Source of the DNA: Eledone cirrhosa
Lineage: Eukaryota
Length of the DNA: 64,000 bases
Assembly (NCBI GenBank): GCA_964016885.1
Contig: OZ024763.1
Location: 13,206,001-13,270,000, forward strand
Reading direction: 5' to 3'
The notes beneath the pieces were generated by a model that saw only the letters and a program-made list of their open reading frames with translations, had not been told where the DNA came from and did no database searches. The translations under genes and the position numbers were made by a program. This document shows positions 29,208-41,842 of the stretch, piece after piece (position 1 is the first letter of the stretch; the number at the start of each line of letters is the position of its first letter).

Positions 29208-29428
29208 GGAGCTTCTACAGGACTAGTACTGTTTCATTCAGATGAAATCTTCAGGAAGCTCTTATGAAGATTTCATCTGAATGAAGATTTCATCTGAATG
29301 AAGATTTCATCTGAATGAAACAGTACTAGTCCTGTAGAAGCTCCTTCTATAAAATAAAAAATGTTTACTCTGCCATGTATTGAGTACCTTACTTACTGTG
29401 GTTATCCCCGACTCAACCCGGGACCTAC
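29202..29428 (+). mobile_element. Fold-back HHR element, family B (intact HHR at 29209-29261, minus)
   Basis: GAGCTTC-CTGAAGA-T-TTC-ATCT-GAA-T-GAAA-CAG-TACTAGTC-CTG-TA^GAAGCTC; the right arm has a 17-nt triplication at the junction. Confidence 0.8.
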
Positions 29429-29589
29429 ATATATATATATATATATCTCACGTGGACACGGGCACACACATATATATATATACGTACTCACACACCTACA
29501 CAAACAAACAACACACACACATATAGATGTATATATTCTCACGTGGACACGCACACGCACACACATACATACATATATATATATATGCA

Positions 29590-29891
29590 TCTCACCTTGT
29601 CTAAAATCTATGGCAAACTCCCTCGAGCCTCTGCCCTTCTAAAATCCTGGAGAGCTCAACTTGCTGGCCACTGTCACCGTGCCAGCAATGAAATCATATC
29701 CGCTCTCTTGCTCTGGAACCCTGACTCCAGCCTGACTAGGAGTAGGAAGCTGTCATTCCCTGACGTTATCTCTAGGGATACGGGAATCAGCAGACGGGAC
29801 CTGGGGGCAGCGATGGGGGACAGGGGATTCTGGGGCATGAGGGTGAGATCCATCATCTCGACAGTAGTCGACGAGTGATGATGATGATGAT
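29590..29891 (+). mobile_element. 5'-truncated RTE/RTE-X-like LINE 3' end
   Basis: IYGKLP...RAQLAGHCHR...LLLWNP...MGDRGFW followed by a (TGA)n tail. Confidence 0.8.
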
Positions 29892-29899
29892 ATATATAC

Positions 29900-30083
29900 G
29901 TTATTCCGGGTTGAATCGGAGGTAACCACAGTAAGTAAGGTACTCAATACATAGCAGAGTATAAAAGTTTTAATATAGATGAGATTCTACAGGACTAGAA
30001 CCGTTTCATTCTTTAGAAATCATCTTCTAAAGAATGAAACAGTTCTAGTCCTGTAGAATCTAATCTATATTAAAACTTTTATA
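29900..30083 (-). mobile_element. Fold-back HHR element, family B
   Basis: Palindrome 29960-30083 folding at ATCATC (30019-30024), inside the CUGAUGA core; tail homologous to 29360-29428. Confidence 0.75.
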
Positions 30084-30097
30084 TATATATATATATA

Positions 30098-30288
30098 TAG
30101 GAACAAGTAAGACCCCGACGGCTGAGCTCAAGCCGTTTCGACGGCTAATTCAGTACAGAATTAGCCGTCGAAACGGCTTGAGCTCAGCCGTCGGGGTCTT
30201 ACTTGTTCCTATTACCCACTCTACTACCCTAAGTATTGAGTACTTTGGTGCGTTATGGTCCACCTGGTTCCTTACCACATTTCCTTCG

Positions 30289-30290
<2 letters not shown>
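30098..30290 (+). mobile_element. Fold-back HHR element, family C
   Basis: Perfect inverted arms of ~55 bp around AGTACA; GAAA-CGGCT-TGAGCTC-AGCCG-TC^GGGGTC; (TA)n flanks. Confidence 0.75.
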
Positions 30291-30347
<57 letters not shown>

Positions 30348-30536
30348 AAATTTAGTACAGCATCAACGAAGCCATGGTTGCAGCCAAGCTAACGAATGCA
30401 GTCTCGGTGTGCAGCTAAGCACTCAATAAGGTATTTTACCTTAGAGTAATAACATTACGTTTAGACAGCTTTGCAAATTGAAGACAGCGACCGATAAACG
30501 GGCCGCAGTCACCATAGCGACGAAATATATATATAT

Positions 30537-30987
30537 ATACGATATTAACAAATGGAAACTATATTTATAAAACCATATTTATTTCATTATACATATTTCA
30601 AGGACACCAAGTTAAATTATGGTGTGCTTTCATCAGATAAAATATAATATAGATCAGTTTTATAAATAAATATTGACATACCCTTAAAGAATGCAACCAT
30701 TACTGTTGGAAGCTATCCGGGAGCTTCCAACAGTAATGGTTGCATTTTTTAAGGGTATGTCAATATTTATTTATAAAACTGATCTGTATTATATTTTATC
30801 TGATGAAAGCACACCATAATTTAACTTGGTGTCCTTGAAATATGTATAATGAAATAAATATGGTTTTATAAATATAGTTTCCATTTGTTAATATCGTATG
30901 TTTACTCCAAATACTTGTTCAGTGCTTTATATCAGTTATAAAAATATTTGCTTGTTGTATCCCAACAATTTAAATAGAACTTTTGCA
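30537..30987 (+). mobile_element. Fold-back HHR element, family A (HHRs at 30581-30643 minus and 30793-30855 plus)
   Basis: ~178-bp near-perfect arms around ATCCGGG (30715-30721) plus an ~88-bp unique tail; (TA)n flanks. Confidence 0.85.
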
Positions 30988-31021
30988 TATATATATATAT
31001 GTTGTGTAGGTGTGTGAGTAC

Positions 31022-31080
<59 letters not shown>

Positions 31081-31081
<1 letters not shown>

Positions 31082-31448
31082 CGACGGAGGTGTGGCAAGG
31101 AACCAAATGGACCATAACGCACCAGAGTACTCAATAATTAGGGTAGTAGAGTGGGTAATAGGAAAAAGTTTAACCCCGACGGCTTGAGATCTGCCGTGGG
31201 GGTCAAACCTTTTCCTATATATATATATATAGATATATATATATATATATATTGGAAAAAGTATGACCCCGACGGCAGAGCTCAAGCCGTTTCGACGGCT
31301 ATATCTGGACTAGTCCAGAAATAGCCGTCGAAACGGCTTGAGCTTTGCCGTCGGGATCATACTTTTTCCTATTTCCCACTCTACTACCCTAAGTATTGAG
31401 TACTCTGGTGCGTTATGGTCGATCTGGTTCCTTACCACAATTCCTTTG

Positions 31449-31450
<2 letters not shown>
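31081..31450. mobile_element. Two family C fold-back elements (31081-31216 minus, 31252-31450 plus)
   Basis: The first folds at the stem III loop (GAGATC), the second at the stem II loop (GGACTAGTCC); separated and flanked by (TA)n. Confidence 0.75.
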
Positions 31451-31532
<82 letters not shown>

Positions 31533-32235
31533 GTACCTACACACCTACACAAACAAACACACATAAACATGTAAGAACCGTCACAGACAGACAGACAGAC
31601 ACACAAGCATCACCCACTACACATAACACATACTAACTCTGTCTCTCTCACATACATATATATTTATATATACACAATACCACACATTTACACACGCATA
31701 TACATTCATACACACACACACACTCAACATCAGACACATGCAGACATATATATATATATACATACACACACTCAACATCAGACACATACAGACATATATA
31801 TAAATACATGTATACACACACACTCAGCACCACACACACACAACACCACGCCACACACACATACTCAACACCACACCATGCCACACACACATACTCAACA
31901 CCACACCACACACACACTCAACACCACACCACACACCACACCATACACTCAACACCACGCCACACACACATACTCAACACCACGTCACACTCAACACCAC
32001 ACCACACTCTCAACACCACACTCAACACCACACCACACTCTCAACACCACACCACACTCAACACCACACCACGCTCTCAACACCACACAGAGCCAAACAA
32101 ACCAGTCAAACCTCGTTCTTTGGTGAGTTTTATTTTTGGCCAAACTTTAATAAATTCTATTTTAGTCTCTTTAGATTGACTTAGTTTTGAGAAATGTAGT
32201 CACACTAACTGGGACATGGGTTATCTTTAACGATA

Positions 32236-32287
<52 letters not shown>

Positions 32288-32350
32288 TATAAGGCTTAGA
32301 TTTAGTGAACTTGGTCGTTAACAAAGGCAGAATTAACTATTTAAAATAGT

Positions 32351-32397
<47 letters not shown>

Positions 32398-32424
32398 AAA
32401 GAGAGAAAGAGAGAGATGCAGTCA

Positions 32425-32483
<59 letters not shown>

Positions 32484-32487
<4 letters not shown>

Positions 32488-33094
32488 AGGTCACCAGTTG
32501 GTGCTACTGGTAACATGTATCCCAGTACAACCTGTCCTATGGTCGGGTCGTTGGTAACTAAACTGGCAACCCCACCAAGGTTTCTTGGTGAGGAGGGTGA
32601 CTTTGGACATCCTGCAGGACTAAAAACAAAACCTGTCAAAGGGCAAAGGAGCCCTTAAGAGTCGATGGCCATCCAAAATCACCGGGAGAGATGACCCCTT
32701 AGCCTTTGTCAAGGCAGAATTCTAGGAGAAGGAAAACTCTGATATAACACCTGCAACTCTGATGGTATCTAATGATGTTGACTTGTTCTTCTTTTTGGTA
32801 AATATCATCTTGGTTAAGAGAGTGGGACTGGCTTTGTGCAGTACCTTTGCTCACTATAAAAGCTTCACGGCACAGCCATTGCTTTATATCTGGAGATCTC
32901 TCTGCACTTGTCGTCACATGGAACCATGGGCCCACCACTATGTGTCAATAATTGTCACAAGTGTAGTGTTTGTACCAGAGTTTTCAAGTCGCTGACTGTA
33001 CTAAGAAGTCACACTCGTTCAGCGCATCGGTAGGGGTTCTCCTACATGGATATAAAGTAGTTGCCGTACTCGAAAACGAGTTGGCAGCCACCAT
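32484..33094 (+). mobile_element. Non-autonomous internally deleted RTE-like element, copy 3
   Basis: Reverse complement of 7199-7803. Confidence 0.7.
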
Positions 33095-33105
33095 GTATGT
33101 ATGTA

Positions 33106-34796
33106 CATGAGGGTGGGCTGAAAGTTCATAGGCTGACGAGGAAGGAATAATGCTAGAGCTGTGTAATCTTGCATGCATTAATTTCTTGTTTATAACGTAG
33201 CTGCATTGTTTCTTTCCAGGTAAACTGACACCTGACTGTTCAAAGGAGACTTCAAAGGTAACTGGTAGCGACTCCTCTTGAAAATAGACAACATTTGAAA
33301 TCATGGTGTTATCAATTACCTGCTGGAGAGGGTTTAGATCCCCCAAGGACATTCATGCTGACATGGTTGCTACATTAGGGGTATAATGACCCAGCTTTAT
33401 CAACAGTGCAAAAGTGGGCAGCTGAATTTAGGAGGGGAAAGAAGAGTCTTGCAACTGCCACCACCAAGGATAACATTGCGTTCATCAGATGGTGATGGAT
33501 GACAGGCGATTTACTATAAATCAAATAGTCAATGCTATTAGCATATCCTGTGAGAGAGTTGAACATATTCTGCACAATGAACCTAACAAAACGAAGGTAT
33601 CTGCTCAGTGATGGCCACGTCTTCTGACACCTGATCAGGAGTGCACTAAGCTAATCACATCACAGGAAGATCTTACATTGTTTGAGGCAGACCCAGCTGG
33701 GTTCCTTGAACGTTTCCTAACTCAGGATGGGTGTTAGGTTTATCACTTTGTGCCAGAGACAAAGAATTAATCCACGCAGAGGAAATAACCCTCCTCACCT
33801 GCTCCAAGGACGGCCAAAGTCGTTTCATCTACAGTGAAAGTGATGGACTCAGTTTTATGCGACACAAAAGGCAGTGTGCTTATTGACTATCTTCGAAAAG
33901 GTTACACCATCGATGGAGAGTACTATGCCAAGATGCAGAGTCAGATATGAAAGGCTAGCAAGACCAGAAAAACTGACGAAAGGGGGTCTCGTTTTATCAG
34001 GACAATACCCCAGCACACAAGTCCTTGGTTTCAATGGCTGCTGTGCGTGAGTGTGGCTTTAAGCTGGCTGGTCACGCTCCCTAATCTCCTGATTTGGCCC
34101 CATATGACTATCATCTGTCCCCCAATATGAAAAAAAAAAATCACTTGGCGGCCGCGAATCAACATCGCAGTGATAATTGTTTCTACTTTTGGCACAAGAC
34201 CAGCAATTACCCAGTGCATTACTGGTACTTTATTTTATCGACCCCGTAAGGATGAAAGGCAAAGTTAACCTCGGCGGGATTTGAACTCAGAATGGCAAGG
34301 GCCGTAACTCCATGCGTCAAAGCATGGCGTCCGACCCTCTACCGATACTGCCAATCCAACATCGCAGTGATAATTGTTTCTACTTTAGGCACAAGGCCAG
34401 CAATTACCCAGTACATTACTGGTACTTTATCTTCTCGACCCCGTAAGGATGGAAGGCAAAGTTAACCTCGGCGGGATTTGAACTCAGAATGGCAAGGAAG
34501 GGCCGTAACTCTATGCGTCAAAGAAGGGCCGTAACTCTATGCGTCAAAGCATGGCGTCCGACGCTCTACCGATACTGCCAATCCAACATCCCAGTGATAA
34601 TGACATCATATCTGCTGTTGATGACCTTATTTTCCCCAACTTGCTTCTTCAGTAACGTGGACGCGGCCCAAGAACAACAACGCCGATGGGACAAGTGTGG
34701 GGCCCGCAAGGGGGACTATGTTGAAAAATAAACCTCATTTAGTGACATTCCATGAGAGTATCTTGGTTAGCCTATGAACTTTTCTGACAACCCTCG
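33106..34796 (+). mobile_element. Decayed mariner transposon interrupted by two SINEs
   Basis: TA flanks, TIRs GAGGGT..GAAAAGTTCATAGGCT; relic motifs WPRLLT, FYQDNTPAH, SPDLAPYDYHL. Confidence 0.85.
34174..34583 (-). mobile_element. Two tandem SINE family 1 copies sharing one target duplication
   Basis: AACATCGCAGTGATAAT occurs before and between the copies, with a one-mismatch copy after them. Confidence 0.85.
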
Positions 34797-34977
34797 TATG
34801 GGTGGATATTTGGAGTATATTTAGGACAAAGTTTGCCGAGACGTACGTGAACTCAGAAGGTAAACAAGTATGAAACAAAATACTAGTGTATATATGTGTG
34901 TATACATGTGTGTATACATGTGTGTGTATGTATATATATATGTGTATATATATTATGTATGTATACATGTGTGTGTA

Positions 34978-35070
<93 letters not shown>

Positions 35071-35089
35071 GTGTGTATATATATATGTA

Positions 35090-35131
<42 letters not shown>

Positions 35132-35604
35132 TATATATACGCATATACATACACATATATACATATACACATATACATACACATATATACATATACATAT
35201 ATGTATATATATATATATATGTATGTATATGTGTATGTATATGTGTATATATATGTATGTATATATATATATGTATGTATATATATATATATGTATATAT
35301 ATATATGTATATATATATATGTATGTATATATATATATGTATGTATATATATATATATATATATATGTATATGTATATATATATGTATATATGTATATGT
35401 ATGTATATAGATATATATATATGTATATACATATATGCATATATATATACACACACACACACATATATATATACACATACACATATATATATATACATAT
35501 ATATATATATATGTATGTATATGTATATATACATACATATATACATATATATACATATACATGTATGTATATGTATATGTATATATACATACATATGTAC
35601 ATAT

Positions 35605-35635
<31 letters not shown>

Positions 35636-35694
35636 CATATACATGTATGTATATGTATATATACATACATATATACATATACACACATATATAT

Positions 35695-35737
<43 letters not shown>

Positions 35738-35979
35738 TGTAGTGCCTGTAATAGCTGTAACAGATATCTGGTCCAGTACATCACCAGTCCTCCGACACCA
35801 CCTGCACTCCGGCTGGCCTTATTAGATAGTGTAACATATATTAAACTTGATACCAATCCCCCTTTCACCCCCCCCCCCCTATCTCTCTCTCGTCCTATCC
35901 ATATTTCTATCTCCTCCTCTCTCTCGTACTATCTATCTATCTATCTTCTATCTATTTATCTATCTGTCTATCTATCTAT

Positions 35980-37165
35980 CCGGGACCGATGGACAACTTC
36001 CAAAAGTCCCTGGCCTGGCAGTGCTACCGAGGAGCTCTACCAGTTCGAGACAAGCTCTACAGACATGGGCGCCCGGGCAGGGACCCTGCGAAAAAAGATC
36101 TGTCCGAGATGCGTGCGATACGAAGAAACCGTCGCGCACGCATTCATACACTGCCCGGGCGTCACCGACCTGTGGGGCTACGTAGAACGACTATTGTCGC
36201 GGGTGGGACCAATCCGGTTGAACCACCGAGTCCATTGTCATGATCAAACCGCCATCCTCCTTCAAAAACGAAGGAGAGGCGGTTTTCCTTTATGTGATAG
36301 CTATGGCGAAAGAGTTTGTATGGTGGACGAGGTTGAAAGGGCTGAGGTCAGACACCTTTCTCTCCGGCCAACAACTGATTCATTTTTTCAAATACCACTT
36401 TGGAAGAAGAATCAGGATGGAGAGCGAGGTGCTGTACCCCAGCAAGTTTTTTTAAAGGTGGGTGAAAGTGGCGAGAATGGCCCGAGTGAATGGGCCTTCT
36501 CTCTATATCAGCCTGTAGGTTGAGGAAAAAGCGGAAGAGAGGAAAGGGGTACAAACTCTTCGTACTCCTGGAGATGAGGGTTGCACATTTTTTCGGGGGT
36601 ATGTGTTACCCATATGAAATGTCTCCTATTGGGGAAAATCAATTAATTTTTAAATTACATTTGTGATAGTATTTTACACGTTTTTATTGTATGTAAACTT
36701 CCCCCTTTGTATTTGTCCCCTTCGTTTGTGCCCCTGTGGCTAATAAAGAAACATATCTATCTATCTATCTATCTATCTTCTGACGAGACTGAAAGGACTG
36801 AGGTCAGACACCTTTCTCTCCGGCCAACAACTGGTTCGCTTCTTCAAATATCATTTTAGAAGAAGAATCAGAGTGGAGAGAGAGGTGTTGTACCCCAGCA
36901 AATTTTACGAAAGGTGGGTGAATGTGGCAAGGATGACCCGAGTGGTTGGGCCTTCTCTCTATATAAGCCTGTATGTCGAGGAAGAAGATGAGGGTTGTAC
37001 ATTTTTTTCGGGGTGTGTGCAACCCATTTGTAACGCCTCGCCCCTATTTGGGATTTCGTTTGTTTTATTCATTATTTTTGTTATACATTTTTACACGCCT
37101 TGTATGTAAACTCCCCAATTGTATCTGTCCCCATCTTCTGCGACCTTGTGGAAAATAAAGAAATA
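35980..37165 (+). mobile_element. Two 5'-truncated L1/Tx1-type LINE 3' ends in (TATC)n
   Basis: [15 protein letters not shown]...[19 protein letters not shown] (CCHC knuckle); both end in AATAAAGAAA plus a TATC repeat (36752 and 37165). Confidence 0.8.
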
Positions 37166-37464
37166 TATCTATCTAATCCTCTCTCTCTCTGTCTTACTAG
37201 TTATAAAATTCACTGAAGCAGACGACGGTGCATGATCCGTTCTGTTCCACCTGTAACGTTATTCGTCTTTTATTGTCTTGAGTAAATCATATAAATAACT
37301 ATATATGTGTATGCGTACGAATGTGTGGTCTGTATGTCGGTGGAGTGGTGGTGGTGGTGTTGGTGTTGGTGTTGGTGGTGGTGGTGGAGTTGTGGTGGCG
37401 GTGGTGGAGTGGCGGTGGTGGCAGTGGGGTTGTTGGTGGTGGCGGTGTGTTCTTCGCAGCCGAG

Positions 37465-37658
37465 ATAATTGTTTCTACTTTTGGCACAAGGCCAGCAATT
37501 ATCTCAGTGCATTACTGGTACTTTATTTTATCGAACCCGTAAGGATGAAAGGCAAAGTTAACCTCGGCGGGATTTTGAACTCAGACCATAAAGGGCCGTA
37601 ACTCTTTGCTGCAAAGCATGGCGTCCGACCCTCTACCGATACTGCCGATCCACCGCCT
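37465..37658 (-). mobile_element. SINE family 1, full length
   Basis: Reverse complement of the family consensus. Confidence 0.85.
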
Positions 37659-37684
37659 AGATAATACATCACGTTACACACACG

Positions 37685-37980
37685 ACGGCAGCAACTCGAT
37701 TTCGATTAATGCCATCGCTTGATACTTAAGCAAGAGCATCACGGACGTGGCTTTTTAATCCTGCTAGGGACTTGCCTGTGGCCAGCAATACCACGCATCA
37801 CAAAAAATGTCACATATCAAGCGATGCCTGAGCTTGAAGGTTTTTTAAGCGAAGAAAGGCTTTACACGGGGCCAATCCCTCTCTCAACATTGAATGTATT
37901 TGCCGAAAAAGAAGATCTGGTCTACATCATTGGATACAAACGATATCACAGGTTTTATATCAGAGTGACCTTCTCCTAGA
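37685..37980 (-). mobile_element. Internally deleted RTE-like element, distinct subfamily
   Basis: Minus strand KSLAGLKSHVR; 5' motif CTAGGAGAAGG..ACTCTGATATAA.ACCTG. Confidence 0.55.
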
Positions 37981-38565
37981 GAGATGTCTTAATGAAGACT
38001 AGGGGTCTCTCACTCCTCAGATGTCACAGGTTTTATGTCAGAGTGACCTTCTCCTAGAGAGATGTCTTAATGAAGACTAGGAGTCTCTCACTCCTCAGAT
38101 GTCACAGGTTTTATATCAGAGTGACCTTCTACTAGAGAGATGTCTTAATGAAGACTAGGGGTCTCTCACTCCTCAGATGTCACAGGTTTTATATCAGAGT
38201 GACCTTCTCCTAGAGAGATGTCTTAATGAAGACTAGGAGTCTCTCACTCCTCAGATGTCACAGGTTTTATATCAGAGTGACCTTCTACTAGAGAGATGTC
38301 TTAATGAAGACTAGGGGTCTCTCACTCCTCAGATGTCACAGGTTTTATATCAGAGTGACCTTCTCATAGAGAGATGTCTTAATGAAGACTAGGAGTCTCT
38401 CACTCCTCAGATGTCACAGGTTTTATATCAGAGTGACCTTCTACTAGAGAGATGTCTTAATGAAGACTAGGGGTCTCTCACTCCTCAGATGTCACAGGTT
38501 TTATATCAGAGTGACCTTCTCCTAGAGAGATGTCTTAATGAAGACTAGGAGTCTCTCACTCCTCA
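37946..38565. repeat. 78-bp tandem repeat x8 with 156-bp higher-order alternation
   Basis: GGGGT and GGAGT variants alternate; unit is homologous to the RTE-like 5' region (7545-7605). Confidence 0.9.
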
Positions 38566-38894
38566 ACGTTACATACACACATACATACATACATACATAC
38601 ATACATACATACATACATACATACATACATACATACATACATACATACATGCGTACGTACATGTATACACACATGTATGAGGGGGAGGGGGGAAGAGAGA
38701 GGGGAGAGAGAGGAGAGAAGAGAGAGAGGGGGGAGAGGAGAGAGAGAGAGTAGAGAGAGGAGAGAGAGGAGAGTAGAGAGAGAGAGAGGAGAGTAGAGAG
38801 AGGAGAGGGGAGAGAGAGAGGAGAGTAGAGAGAGGAGAGGGGAGAGAGAGAGGAGAGTGATATAGAGGGAGATGTCATAACGATATTGCACAAC

Positions 38895-39430
38895 ATGGCA
38901 GTATCGGTAGAGGATCGGACACCATGCTTTAACGCATATAGTTACGGCCCTTGCCATTCTGAGTTCAAATCCCGCCGAGGTTAACTTTGCCATTCATCCT
39001 TACGGGGTCGATAAAACAAAGTACCAGTAATGCACTGGATAATTGCTGCCCTTGTGCCAAAAGTAGAAACAATTATGTAGGCTACCATCTGGTTTCAGAC
39101 TTGGACAGATGATTTTATCGTAGATATTGTATCTCTGTTTCTGCTCGACATTCCTCAGGCTTTAAAGTTTATACATTATTGATCGGAAAATTGCGAGAGA
39201 TGACAACTATTATTTACAATTGACTGAATCGGCAGAGCGTCGGACAACATGCTTGGCAGCATAGAGTTACAGTCCTTTACGTTCTGAGTTCAAATCCCGC
39301 TGGGGTTAGCTTTGCCTTTCATCCTTACGGGGTCGATAAAATAAAACACCAGTAATGCATTGGGTCGATTTAATCGATTTTCCCCTTCCCTAAAAAATTG
39401 CTGGCCTTGTGCCTAAATCAGAAACCATTA
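38895..39430 (+). mobile_element. Two SINE family 1 copies (38895-39075, 39220-39430)
   Basis: Head and core motifs. Confidence 0.8.
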
Positions 39431-39439
39431 TTTACAATG

Positions 39440-39602
39440 CAGACCTGTCAACTCTCGCCGTCCCACGGGGAGATCTCCCACCCATTCTAGGGTAGATGAG
39501 AGATGTCTTCTCTTGTGAAAATGGGTATAGCTTTCATTATGTAAAATCTCCCCATTTTGCCTCATTTCTCCCAGTTTGGGATTTTAGAGGTTGGCAGTTC
39601 TG
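39440..39602. mobile_element. Possible MITE
   Basis: Imperfect TIR CAGACCTGTCAAC / GTTGGCAGTTCTG; target duplication unclear. Confidence 0.4.
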
Positions 39603-39606
39603 ACAA

Positions 39607-40242
39607 TCTATATATAAAAGAATGTTGGTTGAACCACACACACACACACATCTAAAGAGAGAGAGAGACACACGCATAGGGTGAGGCAGAAAGAGAGTCC
39701 ATTATACAGAGAGAGATACAATGAAAGTGTTAGATAATCAGAGAGAGAGAGAGTAACGTCCCACGAAAGTCTAGAAACGGCTTAAACTAGAGATCCTTTG
39801 ATTTACAGGAAGGTTCAACAATATTGTCTTAGCTTTTATAAATTCGTTTTACAGTCTTTGATTTTACAGAACAAAGAAAAACTGATACTATTTGAAATTA
39901 ATCTACCCTCCATCTTTTATCCATATACTGCTTACAGTCCGTACTAACGAAGTAACACTTCAGAAGCAATGTTATGCGGTATATTGCTGTGTTTCAGATG
40001 AGGTCCTTTGGAGCTGAAAAAGATCATACTGACTATGGTTATTTCACATTTAAAATCCAAGGCCAATGCTACCATTTAATCAACAGTTTACTCCCCCAGA
40101 CTAATAAGAAAGTTTTATGATTGTTTTTTTTTATGTCTCTCTCTCTCACACACACACAGTACGGTTTCACCTCATACCAGACAACACATCCAATACTGTC
40201 ATTTTCTCTGTTCTCCCGGGCGAAGCCGGGTACCCCAGCTAG
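39607..40242 (+). mobile_element. Non-autonomous Helitron
   Basis: A|TCTATATATA ... hairpin CCCGGGCGAAGCCGGG ... CTAG|T. Confidence 0.75.
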
Positions 40243-40283
40243 TGTTTGTTTATATATATATATATATATTACATTATTGCCCT

Positions 40284-40466
40284 TTGGCAGTATCGGTAGA
40301 GGGTCGGACACCATGCTTTGACGTATAGAGTTACGGCCCTTGCCATTCTGAGTTCAAATCCCGCCGAGGTTATCTTTGCCTTTCATCCTTACGGGGTCGA
40401 TAAAATAAAGTACCAGTAATACTCTGAGTATTTGCTGGCCTTGTGCCAAAAGTAGAAACAATTATT
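40284..40466 (+). mobile_element. SINE family 1 with target duplication ATTATTGCCCTT
   Basis: Direct repeat at 40272 and 40461. Confidence 0.85.
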
Positions 40467-40667
40467 GCCCTTGTTGTCGTCGTATGTTCTTAAGATGTGC
40501 CATGTCATATGTGTGTGTTGTGTATGCTGTGTGTGTAAGGGGGGGGGGGTTAATATCCCCCAACTAATCCATTACACAGTCTTCGGTAGTAACCAAAATA
40601 TTTTAGCTGAAAACGTGACTAGTTCTTCTTTCTACCTATCTATTCATCCACTAACCTACCCTACATG

Positions 40668-40698
<31 letters not shown>

Positions 40699-40703
40699 AT
40701 ATA

Positions 40704-40762
<59 letters not shown>

Positions 40763-40851
40763 GTATGTCTGTGTATTTATTATGTATATATATATATATG
40801 CATATTATGTATGTGTGTGTGTATTTATTATGTATGTATATATATATATAT

Positions 40852-41046
40852 AACAAAGGAATGGTGGTAAGGAACCAGATGGACCATAACGCACCAGAGT
40901 ACTCAATACTTAGGGTAGTAGAGTGGGAAATAGGAAAAAGTATGACCCCGACGGCAGAGCTCAAGCCGTTTCGACGGCTAATTCTGGACAAGAAATAGCC
41001 GTCGAAACGGCTTGAGCTCTGCCGTCGGAGTCATACTTTTTCCTAT
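40852..41046 (-). mobile_element. Fold-back HHR element, family C
   Basis: Inverted arms 40930-41046 folding in the putative stem II; (TA)n flanks. Confidence 0.75.
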
Positions 41047-41144
41047 ATATATATATATATATATATGTTATGTATGTGTGTGGGCGTGTATATATATATA
41101 TATTTATTTATTAGGTATGTGTGTGTGTGCGTGTGCGTGTGCAT

Positions 41145-41175
<31 letters not shown>

Positions 41176-41240
41176 AATTTGTTTTGCAAGGTTTTTGATA
41201 GGAAACCGTGTGTTGAAACAAATGTTATATTTGGGGAGGG

Positions 41241-41294
<54 letters not shown>

Positions 41295-41801
41295 CTGTGT
41301 CTGTGTGTGTGTGTGTGTGTGTGCTGACTATATAAGGACCCCTACCCCCCCCCCTCGCCACGTCCTCACGAACCTCCAGTATCCCAGTTATTGTCAACAT
41401 AGCCTCCTTAGAGTTCTGAGTAATTCTTAGGTGACATGTCACACACACACAGACAGACATTCACAACCACGCACACACAAACACACAGAAATACAAACAC
41501 TAGAAACGCACGCGCACACACACACATACATACAGAGACACACAAACACACAGAAACGCACACACACACACACATACATACATACACAGATAGACACAGA
41601 AACACACAGAAACGCACACACACAGACGCACGCATACACACATATAGATACACGCACAGACACAGAGATGTAAACAGAAACGCACATAGATACACACACA
41701 CACACACACACACACACATCTCTTTCCCCTCTCTGCATCTTCTCGTTACTGTTGTCCCGAACTATGACACGGTGTGTCAATGTCTGACCTCTCACCCCAC
41801 T

Positions 41802-41842
41802 GTCACGTGATATATATTTGCACTGAATTAGCCGCCATTTTG
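41802..41842. promoter_or_regulatory. Candidate promoter motifs (E-box GTCACGTGA and YY1-type GCCGCCATTTTG)
   Basis: Two consensus motifs 20 bp apart in a small island of unique sequence. Confidence 0.35.
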
